A stretch of 31,502 nucleotides of DNA from an uncultured Rhodospirillales bacterium (GCA_937873165.1 CALMVH010000206.1:1-31502); one strand, 5' to 3'. Shown: positions 1 to 9,743, counted from the stretch's first letter. Notes: generated by a model not told the origin, from the sequence alone. Program-made: numbers and translations.

Positions 1-314
1 CGGTAGAACCCCGACAGCAGCCAAAGCGCCAGCACGATCCCCACCGCCGCGAACACGAGCGGTTGCGAACCCGCGCCGCCATTCAAAAGCCGGTCAATGT
101 ACGAACGCGCGTGCCGCAGCCAGTCCTCTGGACCATTACCGCCACCGGCACCGCCGCCGCCGCCCGATCTGCCAGGACCGGGCTTTCGCGCGTTCCAGGG
201 TGGTGACGCGGGTTCCTCGGGTTTGGGCGGCGTTTGCCCGCCCCAGGGTCCATTCCCTTGAGTGGGATTGCCGCCTTGGCCGCCTTTGTTCCCGTCGTTG
301 TTTTGCCACGGCAT
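1..314 (-). CDS. hflK: FtsH protease modulator HflK, N-terminal part (runs off the window start; not in the supplied ORF track)
   Basis: Manual translation from ATG at 314: MPWQNNDGNKGGQGGNPTQGNGPWGG...GGGGG...PLVFAAVGIVLALWLLSGFYR. The MPW start, GPWG motif, Gly-rich linker and TM helix ending SGFY are typical of HflK. AAGGA SD lies about 11 nt upstream. Confidence 0.88.
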   Translation of the reverse strand, partial: MPWQNNDGNKGGQGGNPTQGNGPWGGQTPPKPEEPASPPWNARKPGPGRSGGGGGAGGGNGPEDWLRHARSYIDRLLNGGAGSQPLVFAAVGIVLALWLLSGFY

Positions 315-454
315 CGGACCTGGAATCCTTCATATCGGAAGCGTTCCTTATGCGGCGGCGTTGTTGCGGCTGCAACGGGTTTTTACAGCGCGGTTGACAG
401 GAGGATGCGCGGCTCCGATGGTCGGGGCAGCAACGCAACGATTGAGGAGCCGCC

Positions 455-1480
455 TTGCCGCCTCGTGACCTGATCCAGGGATTGCTGGTCGAACTCGCCT
501 TCAACGCCAGGATCGCGGCCGTCGAGGAGGGAGACGGTCAATCGACGGTGGTGCTGGAGATCGATCCCAAAATGGGCAGCCATGCCGAAACGCTGCGGCA
601 GGCGCTGGAACGGCGGTTGCAGGCTTTGTCGCCTGATCCGGTGCGCGTGGTGCTGACGGCGGAACGCGCAGCCCCGCCACCGCCCGCGCGTAAAACCATC
701 GCGGAGGCAAAGCCGATAAAAGGCGTTAAGCGCATCATCGCGGTTGCGTCCGGCAAGGGCGGGGTAGGCAAATCCACCACCGCGGTCAATCTGGCGCTCG
801 CGATGCAGGCGGAGGGCTGGCGGGTCGGCATGCTGGATATCGACATCTACGGGCCATCCCTGCCGAAACTGCTGAACGTATCGGGCCACCCGGAGGTCGT
901 GGGCGACAAGCGCATGGTGCCGCTGCTGGCCCACGGCATGCCGGTTCTGTCCATGGGATTCCTGCTGCCGGCGGACAAGGCGGCGATCTGGCGCGGCGCG
1001 ATGGTGCAGGGCGCGGTCACGCAGTTGCTGCACCAGGCGGAGTGGAATGCGCATGGCGACCTGGATGCGCTGATCGTCGACACGCCCCCCGGCACCGGCG
1101 ACGCCCACCTGACGCTGACGCAGGCGGTCAACCTGTCGGGGGCGATCATCGTCTCGACCCCACAGGACCTCGCCCTGATCGACGCGCGCAAGGCGGTGCA
1201 GATGTTCCAGCGCCTGTCTGTGCCGATACTCGGCCTGATCGAGAACATGAGCTATTTCCGCTGCCCCCATTGCGGCGAGCAGACTGACATTTTCGGCCAT
1301 GGCGGCGCACGCGACGACTGCGCCCGGATGGACATCCCGTTCCTGGGCGAGATACCGCTGGAACTCTCGATCCGCGAGAGCAGCGACAGGGGATTGCCGA
1401 TCGTGCTGGCACAGAGTGATGCCGATATCGCGCGAGCCTACCGCAGGATTGCGCATAGCCTGATCGGCCGGAACGTTTAG
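455..1480 (+). CDS. mrp: Mrp/NBP35 (ApbC) family Fe-S cluster carrier ATPase
   Basis: Walker A VASGKGGVGKST, DIDIYGPS, WRGAMV, DTPPGTGD, ENMSYFRCPHCG. TTG start preceded by GAGGAG. Confidence 0.93.
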   Translation: MPPRDLIQGLLVELAFNARIAAVEEGDGQSTVVLEIDPKMGSHAETLRQALERRLQALSPDPVRVVLTAERAAPPPPARKTIAEAKPIKGVKRIIAVASGKGGVGKSTTAVNLALAMQAEGWRVGMLDIDIYGPSLPKLLNVSGHPEVVGDKRMVPLLAHGMPVLSMGFLLPADKAAIWRGAMVQGAVTQLLHQAEWNAHGDLDALIVDTPPGTGDAHLTLTQAVNLSGAIIVSTPQDLALIDARKAVQMFQRLSVPILGLIENMSYFRCPHCGEQTDIFGHGGARDDCARMDIPFLGEIPLELSIRESSDRGLPIVLAQSDADIARAYRRIAHSLIGRNV

Positions 1481-1503
1481 AAGCACTATACCTTCTTAGC
1501 CCC

Positions 1504-2442
1504 ATGAAACTCGCCGTCGTCCTCAACGCCTCCGCCGGCAGCCTGATCGGCAAGGCTATCGAGGAGGCACGCGCCGAGATCGAGCAAGGGTTCGCCGCTT
1601 CGGGCAACGAGGTCGAGGTGCATACGCCCGAAGGCAAGGATCTGGTCGACACGCTGGTACGGGTCGCGCGGTCGGGGTGCGATGCCGTGGTGATTGGCGG
1701 CGGCGATGGTTCCATCGCGACGGCGGCGGATGTCTGCGCCCGCGAAAACGTGCCCCTGGGCGTTTTGCCGCTCGGCACCATGAACATGCTAGCGAAGGAC
1801 CTTGCCATTCCGCTGACGCTGAAGGCAGCCATCGATGCGTTGGGGCGGGGCCAGATACGCGCGATCGACATCGGCGAGGTCAACGGCGAGACCTTTCTGT
1901 GCAACGCGACGCTGGGCCTGGTGCCATATGTCGGCGAGGAACGCGAGCACCAGCGCGGTAAGCCCAGATGGCAGATGGCGGGCGCCATGATGCGCAAGGT
2001 CGGGCAGGCGGCGTGGCGCTGGCCGGGCGTGCGCGTAACGCTGGAACACGACGGCAAGAAGCGCCGGGCCGTCACCCGCTTGCTGACGGTAGCCAACAAT
2101 GCCTACGAGGACAGCCGCAAGGGCTTCCTGACCCGCGCCAGCCTGGACCAGGGCGTGCTGACCGTGTACCTGTCGCGTCACCGCACGCGGCTTGGTTTGT
2201 TCTGGTTCAGCGTCGGCTTGTTGTTCCACTTCTGGCAGCATGACCGGCACCTGGAAATCTTCAGCACCACGGAGATGGTGGTGCACGGCCACCATCGGCG
2301 CTCCCTGTCGGTTTCCTATGACGGCGAGATGAAGGACCTGGCCCTGCCCCTGCATTTCCGCATCCGGGCGGGCGCGCTGAAAGTGCTTGCGCCGTCAGCG
2401 CCGAAAGTCGAAGAAGCGGCGAAGACCCAGCGGATTCCATGA
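1504..2442 (+). CDS. Diacylglycerol/lipid kinase family protein (YegS/BmrU-like)
   Basis: LNASAG, GGDGS ATP motif, LPLGTMN, IDIGEVNG. Confidence 0.88.
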   Translation: MKLAVVLNASAGSLIGKAIEEARAEIEQGFAASGNEVEVHTPEGKDLVDTLVRVARSGCDAVVIGGGDGSIATAADVCARENVPLGVLPLGTMNMLAKDLAIPLTLKAAIDALGRGQIRAIDIGEVNGETFLCNATLGLVPYVGEEREHQRGKPRWQMAGAMMRKVGQAAWRWPGVRVTLEHDGKKRRAVTRLLTVANNAYEDSRKGFLTRASLDQGVLTVYLSRHRTRLGLFWFSVGLLFHFWQHDRHLEIFSTTEMVVHGHHRRSLSVSYDGEMKDLALPLHFRIRAGALKVLAPSAPKVEEAAKTQRIP

Positions 2443-3284
2443 AAACCATCGCCCAGATATCCGACCTGCATTTCGGCCGGACCGACCCCGAGATCGTGAC
2501 CGCGCTGCTGGATGATCTGCGCGCAGAACAGCCGCATTTCATCGTGGTGTCGGGTGACCTGACCCAGACGGCGAAACCCGCCGAGTTCGAGGCGGCACAC
2601 CTGTTCCTCGGCAAGCTGCCGTCGCCGTATCTCGTGATCCCCGGCAATCATGACGTGCCGCCAGTCAACATCGTCGAGCGATTCACGCGGCCGTTCGCGC
2701 GCTACCGCCGCTGGATCGCACAGGACCTTTGCCCGAACCATGTCGAGCCGGGCCTCGCCATCGCGGGCGTCAACACCGCGCGGCGCTTACGCTGGAAGCT
2801 GAATTGGGCGCTGGGCAGCATCTCGAAGTCGCAGATTGCGCGGGTGGAGGCGTTCTTCAGGCGATTTGGCGACGACGTGCTTAAGATCGTGGTGACTCAC
2901 CACCCGTTCCTGCCGCCCCCCGACACGCCGCAGGAGGACCTGGCCGCGCATGCCGCGCAGGCGATCCCGGTGTTCGAGGCATGCGGCGTCGACCTGATCC
3001 TGTCGGGTCACCTGCACCGCGCCTACACGGGGGACCTCGGCGGGCAGGGCAGGGCAATCCACCGCTCGATCCTGGTGGCGCAGGCCTCGACCGCGACCTC
3101 CACCCGCGTACGCGGCGAGCCGAACGCCTACAACGTAATCCATTACGAGGGCCGGCGCCTGGGCCTGGGCACGCGGGTTTGGGACGGCAAGACCTTCGTG
3201 CCGCACGATACCGCGTGGTTCGAGAAATCGAATGGACAATGGCTTCCGGTCACGCAAGCCGCGAAAGAAACGCCGAAGGTCTGA
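2439..3284 (+). CDS. Calcineurin-like metallophosphoesterase, coupled to the lipid kinase gene
   Basis: ISDLHFG, SGDLTQ, PGNHD, THHP, LSGHLH motifs; ATGA overlap with the upstream stop. Confidence 0.9.
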   Translation: MKTIAQISDLHFGRTDPEIVTALLDDLRAEQPHFIVVSGDLTQTAKPAEFEAAHLFLGKLPSPYLVIPGNHDVPPVNIVERFTRPFARYRRWIAQDLCPNHVEPGLAIAGVNTARRLRWKLNWALGSISKSQIARVEAFFRRFGDDVLKIVVTHHPFLPPPDTPQEDLAAHAAQAIPVFEACGVDLILSGHLHRAYTGDLGGQGRAIHRSILVAQASTATSTRVRGEPNAYNVIHYEGRRLGLGTRVWDGKTFVPHDTAWFEKSNGQWLPVTQAAKETPKV

Positions 3285-3366
3285 TTGTTCCTGATGTGAT
3301 AAGGTCTACCGGCATACCTGGACGATGAGGATGGCCGCCGCAGATTGCATCCTTAAAGCTGGGCAG

Positions 3367-4236
3367 TCACCCCATCATTGACGCCGCCGTCATTCCCAGG
3401 CCGAACAGCACGATCAGGGTCGCGCCGCCGAACTCGACCACGCGGGCGAGGCGGGACGTGGTTTCCTCCTGCGCGATGCGGGCGACGACCAGCCGCCGGG
3501 CAAAAATCGCCAGCAGTCCCAAGGCGATCATGGTGATCGCCATGCCAAGCGCAATGGCGGCAGTCATCAGCAGGCCCAGCCAGACGATGTCGTTGGCAAA
3601 GCAGTAGATCAGCAGCAGCACCGCGCCGGAACACGGGGCAATCCCGATGGTGAAGGACAGCAGGCCCTGCCGCCCATCGTGATTATGGCCATGATCGTGC
3701 GCGTGGTTGCATCCGGCATGCCCGTGATCGTCAGCCCTCCATGCTTTCCACAGCATGTAAAATCCTACAAGCGCGATGCAGGCGTAGCTGGCGGTGCGCA
3801 GGCCGGGCATGTCGCCCGTCGGGCCCCACAGGCGGGTTGCGAGGTAATGCGCGAGCAGCACGATCACGATGGCCGAGATCACGTGCATGATCGCCAGCTG
3901 CCCGCCCATCAGGAAGCCACGCCATACCCGCCGCTCGTGCGATAGGAAATACGTTGTGACCACGAACTTGCCATGGCCGGGACCAATGGCGTGGACCACG
4001 CCGTAAGTGAAGGCAAGGCCCAGCGCGATCCACAGGCTGCCGGGGGAGCCGCCCTCCTTCACCTCGCGCAGGCGATGCGCCAGGGTACGATTGAAGTCGC
4101 GCTGGATGTCGATGCCGGTCTGGAACAGGTGGTGCAGCACACGGGCCGCCAGGTCGTGTTCAATGAACAACAGCACCGCGACCGCGATGCCAAAGCCGCA
4201 CAGCACGGGCGCGGAGGGCTTCAGGATTTTTTGCAT
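3367..4236 (-). CDS. Nickel/cobalt transporter, RcnA/NicO (HoxN/HupN/NixA-like) family
   Basis: YGVVHAIGPGHGK motif, His-rich loop DDHGHAGCNHAHDHGHNHD, GIAPCSGA, multiple TM helices. Confidence 0.88.
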   Translation of the reverse strand: MQKILKPSAPVLCGFGIAVAVLLFIEHDLAARVLHHLFQTGIDIQRDFNRTLAHRLREVKEGGSPGSLWIALGLAFTYGVVHAIGPGHGKFVVTTYFLSHERRVWRGFLMGGQLAIMHVISAIVIVLLAHYLATRLWGPTGDMPGLRTASYACIALVGFYMLWKAWRADDHGHAGCNHAHDHGHNHDGRQGLLSFTIGIAPCSGAVLLLIYCFANDIVWLGLLMTAAIALGMAITMIALGLLAIFARRLVVARIAQEETTSRLARVVEFGGATLIVLFGLGMTAASMMG

Positions 4237-4826
4237 GCAATCTTTACCGCTTCGGGCGTGACCTGCCCGAAATAGATCTTGTGCGCGGGATCGGGCACGA
4301 TTGTGTCGGTGCAGACGCCGGAGGCTATGCCGTTGAACGAAATCGGATCGTGCGGGGTGAAAGCCAGATCGACGAAGAACGTTTCATCGTAAAATCCGGT
4401 CTCGACCTTGTGCGCGATGGGATCGACGGGAGCAGGCAGGTAAGCCGTGAAGCGGAACCGCACCTGGTCCTTCTCAAGGCTCGCCGCAAAGTTGCCCGTA
4501 CGCGCGATCTTCTGCTCTTTCCCATCGACGCGGACATGCGTGTAGTAGCCGAAATCGGCATAGCCGGGCAAAACCTGCTGTTGTAGTTCCGCGATGTCGG
4601 CCGCGTCGAACTTGCCCTTCTTGCCGTGGTCAAAATCCTCGATCAGCTGGGCGCTGAACATTTCATCGAACAGCCAGTCGACATCGACCGCCACCAGCTT
4701 GTTCCGGTCGAAATCGAACGCGCCCCGGGTCTCGATCCACACATGCGGGTGGGCTTGGGCGACGCTTGGGAACGCTGTGGCGGCAAGCGCTGCCAGGATG
4801 CGTATCTGATCCCTGATCCCTGACAT
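4221..4826 (-). CDS. DUF1007 family periplasmic protein (usual partner of the Ni/Co transporter)
   Basis: Signal peptide ending AQA then HPHVWIE, W.FDEMFS, FYDETFF; directly upstream of the NicO-like gene. Confidence 0.85.
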   Translation of the reverse strand: MSGIRDQIRILAALAATAFPSVAQAHPHVWIETRGAFDFDRNKLVAVDVDWLFDEMFSAQLIEDFDHGKKGKFDAADIAELQQQVLPGYADFGYYTHVRVDGKEQKIARTGNFAASLEKDQVRFRFTAYLPAPVDPIAHKVETGFYDETFFVDLAFTPHDPISFNGIASGVCTDTIVPDPAHKIYFGQVTPEAVKIACKKS

Positions 4827-4837
4827 CTGATCCCTGA
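4806..4837. repeat. Heptamer tandem repeat (CTGATCC), about 4.6 copies
   Basis: ctgatcc-ctgatcc-ctgacat-ctgatcc-ctga read directly from the sequence. Confidence 0.8.
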
Positions 4838-4839
4838 AG

Positions 4840-4915
4840 TGGTGGGCGCGGAGGGACTTGAACCCCCAACCAGACCGTTATGAGCGGCCGGCTCTAACCA
4901 TTGAGCTACACGCCC
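4840..4915 (-). tRNA. tRNA-Ile2 (CAT anticodon, lysidine-type); Met less likely
   Basis: Reverse complement GGGCGTGTAGCTCAATGGTTAGAGCCGGCCGCTCATAACGGTCTGGTTGGGGGTTCAAGTCCCTCCGCGCCCACCA, 76 nt, cloverleaf with encoded CCA. The GGCCG-CTCATAA-CGGTC arm resembles alphaproteobacterial Ile2 tRNAs. Confidence 0.92.
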
Positions 4916-4981
4916 GGCCCGCGCACTGTGCCAAGGCTGGGCCCGATCCGCAAGGGGCTCGGCTGCAACTGCGGCACGGTC

Positions 4982-5254
4982 TCATTTCAGGCTGCGCACG
5001 GCATCGTTCGGGTCTTCCATTGTGGACGTGCTGTGGCGGTACGCCTGCCACCCGATCCAGCTTGCCACGATCAGGCAGAGGATTGTGGTAAAGACGATTC
5101 GTATGGCCGACGGTATCTTGTCGGTGGCCTCCAGATCCGAAAGAACGCGGATGCAAAACGCACTCACTGCTATGAACAGGATCAGGAAGGCGGTAGCTCC
5201 GATCGGATGGGCATCCGCCAGTTGGAGGAAAGCAAATAGGTGCGATGTCTTCAT
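4982..5254 (-). CDS. Small hypothetical membrane protein (2 TM); alternative TTG start at 5287
   Basis: MKTSHLF... two hydrophobic segments; AGGGG upstream of the ATG; the TTG start overlaps the upstream stop (TTGA). Confidence 0.5.
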   Translation of the reverse strand: MKTSHLFAFLQLADAHPIGATAFLILFIAVSAFCIRVLSDLEATDKIPSAIRIVFTTILCLIVASWIGWQAYRHSTSTMEDPNDAVRSLK

Positions 5255-5283
5255 CGTCAGTCGAACCCCTGTAGCAAGTACGC

Positions 5284-5520
5284 TCAAAGCCGCATCTTTG
5301 GAATATAGATCACGAGCATCGTAGCGCTGTAGAAGACCAAACCACTCAGCCAGGCCAGTGTTGAGACAAGATGTCCCTGCTGCGCAGCACTTCGGAGCTT
5401 CATTGCGACAACAAGAAATAGTAACAATAGTGCAATGGCTTGTCCGATGACTGTGTGCATTACAGCGAACAAAACGAGTTTTATAAGAAAGAACAATAAT
5501 GGACCGAGTTCAATCGTCAT
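5284..5520 (-). CDS. Small hypothetical membrane protein (about 3 TM) overlapping the ftsK 3' end
   Basis: MTIELGPLLFFLIKLVLFAVM...; ATG 5520 overlaps the ftsK stop region by 11 nt; AT-rich and very hydrophobic. Confidence 0.5.
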   Translation of the reverse strand: MTIELGPLLFFLIKLVLFAVMHTVIGQAIALLLLFLVVAMKLRSAAQQGHLVSTLAWLSGLVFYSATMLVIYIPKMRL

Positions 5521-7897
5521 TATACCCGCCTTTCGGCACAAGCACCTCGCGCTTGCCCACGTGGTTGGCCTGGCTGACGACGCCTTCCTTTTCCATGCGC
5601 TCGATCAGGCGCGCGGCCTTGTTGTAGCCGATCTGGAAATGGCGCTGCACAAAGCTGGTGGAGGCCTTGCGTTCGCGCGCCACCAGGGCCACCGCCTTGT
5701 CGTACAGGTCGTCGCCGCTGCCGCTCTCCGCTGCCTCGTCGCCGCCGCTGTCACTGTCTCCGAACTCGGGATCTTCCTCGGTGATCGCATCGATGTAGGC
5801 AGGCTCGCCCTGCTTCTTCAGGAACGCGGCAATGTGCTCCACCTCCTCGTCGCGCACGAACGGTCCATGCACGCGTATGATGCGCCCCCCTGACGCCACG
5901 TACAGCATGTCGCCTTGGCCCAGCAGTTGCTCCGCGCCGGACTCGTTCAGGATTGTGCGGCTGTCGATCTTCGAACTGACGGCAAAGCTGATGCGCGTTG
6001 GAAAGTTTGCCTTGATCGTACCGGTGATCACGTCGACGGAGGGGCGTTGCGTCGCCATGATCAGGTGGATGCCGGCGGCGCGCGCCTTTTGCGCCAAGCG
6101 CTGGATTGCGACCTCGATATCCTTGCCCGCGACCAGCATGAGGTCTGCGAATTCATCCACCACCACAACGATGTACGGCAGTTCCGTCGTCTCGATCGCC
6201 TGATCCTCGAACAGCGGCTTGCCGGTATCGGGATCGAACCCTGTCTGCACCGTCCGGGTCAGCACCTCGCCTTTTTCGCGCGCCTCCCTCAGGCGCTGGT
6301 TGTAGCCGTCGATGTTGCGCACGTTCAGTTTCTGCATGGCGCGGTAACGGTCTTCCATCTCGCGCACCGTCCAGTTCAGCGCCACAACCGCCTTTTTCGG
6401 TTCGGTCACCACCGGCGTCAGCAGGTGCGGGATGCCGTCGTAGACAGACAGTTCCAGCATTTTCGGATCGATCATGATGAAACGGCACTGCTCGGGCTGC
6501 AGGCAGTACAACAGCGACAGGATCATGGTATTGATCGCGACCGACTTGCCTGATCCCGTGGTGCCCGCGACCAGCAGATGCGGCATGCGGGCCAGATCGA
6601 CGGTGATCGGCTGGCCCCCGATATCCTTGCCGAGAACCAGCGGCAGCTTCAACTGGGTCCGCTGGTAGGTTTCGCTTTCCAGCATCTCGCGCATGTACAC
6701 AGTTTCGCGGATCTTGTTCGGCAGTTCGATGCCGATCGCGTTGCGGCCCGGTACCACGGCCACGCGCACGGACACGGCGCTGAGCGAACGCGCGATGTCG
6801 TCAGCCAGCCCGATCACCCGGCTGGATTTGGTGCCGGGGGCAGGCTCCAGCTCGTACAGCGTGACGACGGGACCGGGATTGATGCGCACGATGTCGCCGC
6901 GCACGCCGAAATCGCTGAGCACGCCCTGCAACGCCTGCGAAGTCGCTTCCAGCGCGTCGCGGCTCAGATCGGGACTCACTTTCGCGGCCGGCGGCAACTG
7001 CATCAGATGCGTCGGCGGCAACGAATATTCATCGATGGGAAGCAAATCCTGTCCGGTTGCCGCCCGCGCGGGTTCCGCGGCAGTTTTCTTCACGATCTGC
7101 GGAGCCTTGCGCTTTTCCGCCGCACGAACCACCACCGGCGCGTCTTCCTCGACGGGCGGTTCGTCTTGGTCGTCCGGCTCCGGCTCGTGCCCACGACGCG
7201 CCGCCAGGCTGCGCGTTTGTTCCGAAAGGGTATGCGCAAGGTCGCGCGTCTTCGTGGCAGTGGCCCGGCTGGCGGACATGCCCCCGGTTACCGCCTTGCC
7301 CCATTCGGTCAAGGTGAAGCCCAACAGCCCGATCATCAGCAGGGCGGACGATATCAGGCCTACCCCCTCGACAAGGAAGGGCGCGGCCATGCCCAGCGCC
7401 GGACGCAGCATGCGGCTGGATGCCGCTTGCGCAAGGTCTCCGATGCTGCCGCCCGCCGTATCGAACAGGGTGAACGGGATGATCCCCAGCACCGTTGCCG
7501 AGGTAATAAGGCAAAGCAGCAGCGCCACGATGCGTAGCCACCAGCGTTTCATGGGACGCCGGACCAGGATGAACGTGCCCCAGGCGGCAAACGTCAGAGG
7601 CACCAGAAACGCGGCGAAGCCGAGCGTGAACAGGAACAGGTCCGCGGCATAGGCTCCGGGGCGGCCGGCGAGATTGGTAGGATCGCTGCGCGTCGCATGA
7701 TCGAACGAGGGATCGGCGTGGTTATAAGTCGCAAACGAAATGGCCAGAACCATGGCCAGGGCAATCAGGCAAAGCGCGCCGAGGTCGATCAGGCGCCGAT
7801 GGATAAAGCTGCGGAAAGCCGGAGGAAGGATCGGCGTGCGCTTTGCCGATTTTCCGAACCGCGCCGCGGATGTTCCTGCATAGGCCGTACGTGCCAT
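5510..7897 (-). CDS. ftsK: DNA translocase FtsK
   Basis: N-terminal 4TM domain, GPVVTLYELEP, PHLLVAGTTGSGKS, IDPKMLELS, ATQRPSVDVITG, gamma domain STSFVQRHFQIGYNKAARL. Confidence 0.98.
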   Translation of the reverse strand: MARTAYAGTSAARFGKSAKRTPILPPAFRSFIHRRLIDLGALCLIALAMVLAISFATYNHADPSFDHATRSDPTNLAGRPGAYAADLFLFTLGFAAFLVPLTFAAWGTFILVRRPMKRWWLRIVALLLCLITSATVLGIIPFTLFDTAGGSIGDLAQAASSRMLRPALGMAAPFLVEGVGLISSALLMIGLLGFTLTEWGKAVTGGMSASRATATKTRDLAHTLSEQTRSLAARRGHEPEPDDQDEPPVEEDAPVVVRAAEKRKAPQIVKKTAAEPARAATGQDLLPIDEYSLPPTHLMQLPPAAKVSPDLSRDALEATSQALQGVLSDFGVRGDIVRINPGPVVTLYELEPAPGTKSSRVIGLADDIARSLSAVSVRVAVVPGRNAIGIELPNKIRETVYMREMLESETYQRTQLKLPLVLGKDIGGQPITVDLARMPHLLVAGTTGSGKSVAINTMILSLLYCLQPEQCRFIMIDPKMLELSVYDGIPHLLTPVVTEPKKAVVALNWTVREMEDRYRAMQKLNVRNIDGYNQRLREAREKGEVLTRTVQTGFDPDTGKPLFEDQAIETTELPYIVVVVDEFADLMLVAGKDIEVAIQRLAQKARAAGIHLIMATQRPSVDVITGTIKANFPTRISFAVSSKIDSRTILNESGAEQLLGQGDMLYVASGGRIIRVHGPFVRDEEVEHIAAFLKKQGEPAYIDAITEEDPEFGDSDSGGDEAAESGSGDDLYDKAVALVARERKASTSFVQRHFQIGYNKAARLIERMEKEGVVSQANHVGKREVLVPKGGYNDD

Positions 7898-7964
7898 TTA
7901 TTTCCGTTTCAAGTCGGTACAAACCGGAAACAGATTAGCGAAAACGAGTCCCTAGTGGAAGCTT

Positions 7965-9743
7965 TTACTGCTTGGTCGCGACCGGGGCCATCAGAACCGC
8001 ATGCTCCGCCGGGGGCGAAAGCAACGTGCCCAGAACAGGGCGCAGCGCCATCAGCAGCGTTGCATTCGCGGCATCCCGACCTAGCCACGAACGGCCGCGC
8101 ATCAGCGCATCGTCCGAATCCTCGTCCTTGTTGAGCAACACGGAATGCAAGAGCTCCGACAGGGTCGGCTCGTGCGGAATCTCGTCGATCTCGATCTGGT
8201 CGTCTGCTTTCAGCCCCATCGCTTCCTTGGCACGCCGGATGGCGGTATCCAGCCCGCCCAGCTCATCCACCAGTCCGATATCCTTCGCCTGCTTGCCGGT
8301 ATAAACGTGGCCTTTGGCGATATCCTCGACCTTTTCATCCGACATCTTCCGTCCGTCGGCGACCAGTCCCTTGAAGTGGTTGTAGATATCGTCCAGCAAC
8401 TGGTTCTGCTTTGCCAGCTGTTCGGGCGTGAAGGCGTGGAAAGGCGAGTCCATGTCGGCGTTCTGCCCGATGGTGACGGATTGTCCGACGACGCTGTAGT
8501 CCGACATCAGCTTGCCGATCACCGGCTTGCCGCCCAGCACGCCGATCGAACCCGTCAGGGTGGCGGGCTCGGCGATGATCTTGTCCGCGTCCGCCGCGAT
8601 CCAGTACCCGCCCGATCCCGCGACCTCGCCCATCGACACGATCACGGGCTTGCCGGCATCCTTTGCCAGCAACACCCCGTTGCGGATCGTTTCGGACGCC
8701 ACGACGGATCCACCGGGACTGTTGATGCGGAACACGATGGCCTTGACGTCGTCGTCCTCGGAAGCCTGCTTGAACGCCAGCAGCACGTCGCGGGGATCGC
8801 TGGCCTGGTTGTCCGACAGCGGGTCAAGCGGATTCGCACCGGTGTGGCGTGCCAGTTCGCCCTGCGCGTAGATCAGGGCGATCTTCGACTTCGTGTCGGG
8901 AGCGGGCAGCGCGCCGAGGTAGTGGTGCACCGATATCGTGTCGTCCGTCGAAGTCTGGTCCTGCAGATCGTCCAGCGCTTGGTCGCGGTAATCGATCTCG
9001 TCGATCAGCTTGGCATCCTTGGCGGCATCGGCGCTCAGCGGCCCGGTGTCCAAGAGACGGCGCAGCGCCCCGACATCGACCTTGCGGTAGGCCGCCACGC
9101 CGTCCACGATCTGGGTCACGATGTCGTTCAGCAGGCTTTCCGTCATTTCGCGGTTGGCGGGCGTGAAGCCGCTTTCGCTCAGATTGTCGAAGGCGGTCTT
9201 GTACTGCTCGCGCTTGGTCACCTGGAACTCGACGCCATATTTTGCCAGCGCGTCCTTCAGGAAGAACTCGTCGGCCGAGATCCCCATCAGGCCGACCGTG
9301 CCCATCGGCTGCAGCCAGATCTTGTCGGCGGCGGTTGCCAGATAGAACTCGGCGGCTCCCGGACCCTGCTCGCCAAAGGTATCGGCAAAGGCATACACGG
9401 GCTTGCCGCTGCGGCGGAATGCCAGGATGGCGTCGTGAAGTTCCTGCGCCTGCGTCAGGGGCAGGTTGTCCGTGATGTCGATGAACACGCCCTTGATCCG
9501 GTCGTCGTTCGCGGCGGTGTGCAGTGCTGTCAGGGCATCGCCCAGCGACATCTGCCGCGCCAGTTTCAGCGGGTCGAATCCCGGCTTTTCCTGCAACTCG
9601 CCTTCGATTGTCATCGCCAGGATGGCCTTGGCGGGAAGAACGGGACTGGAGTGAGCGACGCGCAGATATATACCCCCCGCCACGAGAACGCCGAGAACCG
9701 CCAGAAGCCCCAAGGCAGCAAAGATACGAGTCAGAATGCGCAT
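7965..9743 (-). CDS. sppA: Signal peptide peptidase SppA (long tandem-domain form)
   Basis: N-terminal TM anchor, KREQYKTA, FRINSPGGS, SMGEVAGSGGYWI, TGSIGV, IAKGHVYTG. Confidence 0.94.
   Translation of the reverse strand: MRILTRIFAALGLLAVLGVLVAGGIYLRVAHSSPVLPAKAILAMTIEGELQEKPGFDPLKLARQMSLGDALTALHTAANDDRIKGVFIDITDNLPLTQAQELHDAILAFRRSGKPVYAFADTFGEQGPGAAEFYLATAADKIWLQPMGTVGLMGISADEFFLKDALAKYGVEFQVTKREQYKTAFDNLSESGFTPANREMTESLLNDIVTQIVDGVAAYRKVDVGALRRLLDTGPLSADAAKDAKLIDEIDYRDQALDDLQDQTSTDDTISVHHYLGALPAPDTKSKIALIYAQGELARHTGANPLDPLSDNQASDPRDVLLAFKQASEDDDVKAIVFRINSPGGSVVASETIRNGVLLAKDAGKPVIVSMGEVAGSGGYWIAADADKIIAEPATLTGSIGVLGGKPVIGKLMSDYSVVGQSVTIGQNADMDSPFHAFTPEQLAKQNQLLDDIYNHFKGLVADGRKMSDEKVEDIAKGHVYTGKQAKDIGLVDELGGLDTAIRRAKEAMGLKADDQIEIDEIPHEPTLSELLHSVLLNKDEDSDDALMRGRSWLGRDAANATLLMALRPVLGTLLSPPAEHAVLMAPVATKQ

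Noticed and set aside
141-164. GCC/ACC trinucleotide run
   Set aside because: It simply encodes the Gly-rich linker of HflK.
3284-4840. Possible islet integrated at the tRNA-Ile2 3' end
   Set aside because: No duplicated tRNA 3' end (attR), no integrase, and host-like composition.
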